Part shown: piece after piece, positions 60,988-64,000 of the stretch | Position numbering within the stretch: the stretch's first letter is position 1 | How the letters are laid out: every line of letters starts with the position of its first letter | From: Anolis carolinensis | Taxonomy: Eukaryota | Assembly: GCF_035594765.1 (NCBI RefSeq) | Contig: NC_085845.1 | Span: 22,376,024 to 22,440,023, forward strand | Length of the DNA stretch: 64,000 bases | Direction of reading: 5' to 3' | Program-made: the position numbers and the translations under genes | The notes under the pieces: model-generated | What the model saw: only the letters and a program-made list of their open reading frames with translations | Databases searched by the model: none | Told to the model about the DNA's origin: nothing

Positions 60988-63850
60988 TACATCTAAGGGA
61001 ATCCATATGGAGTGCTGTTTAATCTTCCAGACCTGAGACAAGGTGAGCCCCAAGTTTCAAATCTTTGCTTGGTCATGGAATTTATCATATGATTACTATA
61101 CAGCATATCTACAGCATAGATTATACCTGGTTTCTTGCACTCCTCCACTGAAATGGTTTACTGTCACTCTCCTCCAATTCCCTGCCTTGCCTCACCCCAC
61201 AGCTTCACAATTTGTCTTACCTTGGTTCCTTGCACCCTTCAACTCCTCTCAACCGCTTCTACCACTGCACTCTGTCTATTCTCCTACTCACACTCTTGCC
61301 TCATTTTACATCCCCATAATGTATGAGTATATTCTTTGCCCTTTCCATGCTGCCAGTCACACTTCTTACCACTACTCTTCCTTCTTCCACATATCTTGAA
61401 TCCACACAGTGCACTCCTTGTCCTTCCCTTGCTTCTTGCATTCTGCTTCTGAAGTGTTCCACTCTTTCCTCTTGCTCTCTCCCTCACCGAACCTTTATTC
61501 TCCTTGGAACTCACCCTTTCCTTGCTTCTTGAGTCTCTTGCTTGCTTACACTGCTGACGTTTCTTCCTCCAGGGCCTTATCATACCTCACCTCATGCCCT
61601 CACAATGTATTCCTCCCTTTCTTCTGGCACTCTAGATGAAGAATAAAAGAAACCCTAGTTTTGACTGAACAAATAGAATAGTAACAATTTCTGGTTAACT
61701 GCACTAGTGAGCACTATGCATGTGCATGTACGTGTTATTCTACTCCTATAAGGTGATGTTACACTGCAGCATTTGTTTGATCCATTTGTGAGTAGGTACA
61801 AGACAGAGCAATGAGTAAAGTGTTGGATGACAGACCTGTGTATGGCACTCAGCTTGCCCTGAACTCTGTAAATTAACTTGATGCCCTTGGGTGGGGTTGA
61901 AAATACTATTCCATCATCAGTCATGAAGTAGGATTTAAGTGGCAGTCCAATTGATTGCTATACTGGAAGGGTAGTGATGGTGGTCATTACCATGCAGCAA
62001 GATATACCATGAGTCAGAGCTGCATTGCTTCTGTATAATCTACAGTTTTATAAAAGCAAATATTACTACAGCAGACTCTTCTATTAAACTAGTGTAGCAA
62101 GTTACCAGATATGGCAAAAATAGTGTCAAGATAATAAACCAAAAGTATTCAAGGTTACTGCAGTAAACGGAGCGGTAGTGTATGAAGAGCAGATAATAAT
62201 GCAAGCTTGTTCCTTGGAGCTTGGTTTTACTTTTCCCTATCTACCTGCTGAAGCATTAATTTAGACCTGATGTTAATATACCAACCTTTTAAATCATGAT
62301 GCTCTGTGCTCATAACACATTTTGTTTATGAAAGCACAATTCTGCTGGCAGCTTCATTAACTTGTAAGGCTGATAATTTGTTTTTGTTGCTTCCCAACAA
62401 TCTAAATCCTGTTCATTATTTTGGGGGGGGGGGGGGTGCGACGGCAACTGCTGATGGGCACAGATAAAATCCTTCCCCACTAATACTTCAGAGGGATTTA
62501 ATAATTCCAAATCTCCTCCACCATTTCTTTACTTCCATTACAGCAACCCGATATGCTGCAACCCTCAAAAAGATACCATTACATTCAACTGAGTCAATGA
62601 TCTACAAACTAAAACTACTCTTCACTACAGACCCTGACATAATAGTCTGTAATGTGCTTAAAATAGCCATTAGAGACTATCAAGTAAATAATGCCCTTTA
62701 AGAAAAAGGGGGGGGGAAATAACTGTGTGCTTACAAAGCAATGGATGTCCTAGACACCACTTATTTCCTTATGTGTTCTGACAGCTAGACTCCAGTAAGA
62801 TATTTCCAAACAAGGAACATGCTATTTAGCTACGCATTCTATTTGCCAGGGATCAGATACATTCATGCCAAGAAACATACTAGCCTATGTACTCATTTCA
62901 GAAATGCCACACAAAAAGGAAAAAAGAAAAGAAAGATGGGAATCAATAAGTAAACCAGAGGTACTAAATATAATGGTTTATATGGAACAATATTTTACTC
63001 ACATGCTTGGCTCCTGTCTTCTCTCAAGATTATAACTTACATTTTCCAAGCATTCAAAATGTAATGTTATTTAGTCAAATACAAGTATTGTATAGATATT
63101 AGGTAGTACTGTATTGGCCTAAGTATACATACATGTTTATAGATTTGCATCATTGTTTTTTTATTAATATGTAAATTTAAAATAATAAAATATATATAGG
63201 AATAAAAAGTTATTATATAGAAACAATAAAATGTAATGTTATTGTTGTATTGAGTTCATTTGTGTGCCTACACATTTTTTAAAAAATGTTTTAACTCAAT
63301 GAATGACAAGTGATATGATCTTTAGGTCTGTGGACTATTTCATTAAGTTGTGTTATATATTTATGTTTCTTGGGAAACTATTTATTCTCCTACTGCATAA
63401 TTTGAAATGCACCAACTTCCAGAGCTGTTGACAGATCCAAGAAAAACTGGCTTCTTACATTCAGATTATAGTTGAATGGGAAAAATAAAGCCCCTTGATG
63501 GCACCAGGGCCTATGTTTATAGCTGCAAAAAGAAAGGTATATGAGCCCCCAAAGAAAGGGTAAAGTAAAAGTAGATGCACTTCTAAGAGTGCAGAGCTGC
63601 AGGTGGCAATTTTACTGTAAGTTTCTATGAATGCCATTTTTTGTACTTGAAATCCCCAGACAACAGTGAGATTTTACTCTCTTTAATAAACAACTCAAAT
63701 AAAGTCATGACTTGAGTTTAAAGCATAGTAACAGTCAAGCTATGGACTTCATGTACTGTTCAATTATCCTGTACTAATATGTTCTTGTCCAAGGCTTTAT
63801 CAAATGCTCTCCTATTAGCTGACATAAAGAACATTTAGGTACAGAGCATA

Positions 63851-64000
63851 TCGTCGTCGTCGTCTCACTCGTTCAGTCGTTTTCGACTCTTCGTGACCTC
63901 ATGGACCAGTCCATGCCAGAGCTCCCTGTCAGCTGTCACCGTTCCCAGTTCCTTCAAGGTCGAGCCAGTCACTTCAAGGATACCGTCCATCCATCTTGCC
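63851..64000 (-). mobile_element. RTE/BovB-like LINE 3' end, running off the window
   Basis: (tcg)n then ctcgttcagtcgttttcgactcttcgtgacctcatggaccagtccatgccagagctccctgtc...ccatccatccatctt, the reverse of a BovB-type 3' end. Confidence 0.8.

Overview
This is vertebrate genomic DNA, most likely from a squamate (anole-type lizard), judging from its Sauria SINEs, young L2, Penelope, BovB-like and hAT/Tc1 MITE content. The whole window lies inside the netrin receptor gene UNC5C on the minus strand. Four constitutive exons (Ig2 and two TSP1 repeats) are present, plus a 57-nt cassette exon that the ORF track misses. The introns are packed with transposable elements, several of them nested. Highlights: (1) a TSD-flanked Penelope-like (GIY-YIG) insertion forming a near-perfect 553-bp-arm palindrome, with a minimal hammerhead ribozyme in each arm, a 33-nt tail on one arm only, and a readable template-switch junction; (2) an intronless SH3D21-like retrocopy with a single in-frame stop that appears to end in (CA)18 instead of poly(A); (3) a 1.4-kb solo LTR inside a MITE and a young L2 splitting an old CR1 codon run. 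No CRISPR, rRNA or true tRNA genes were seen. TE family names are from recall, not database searches.
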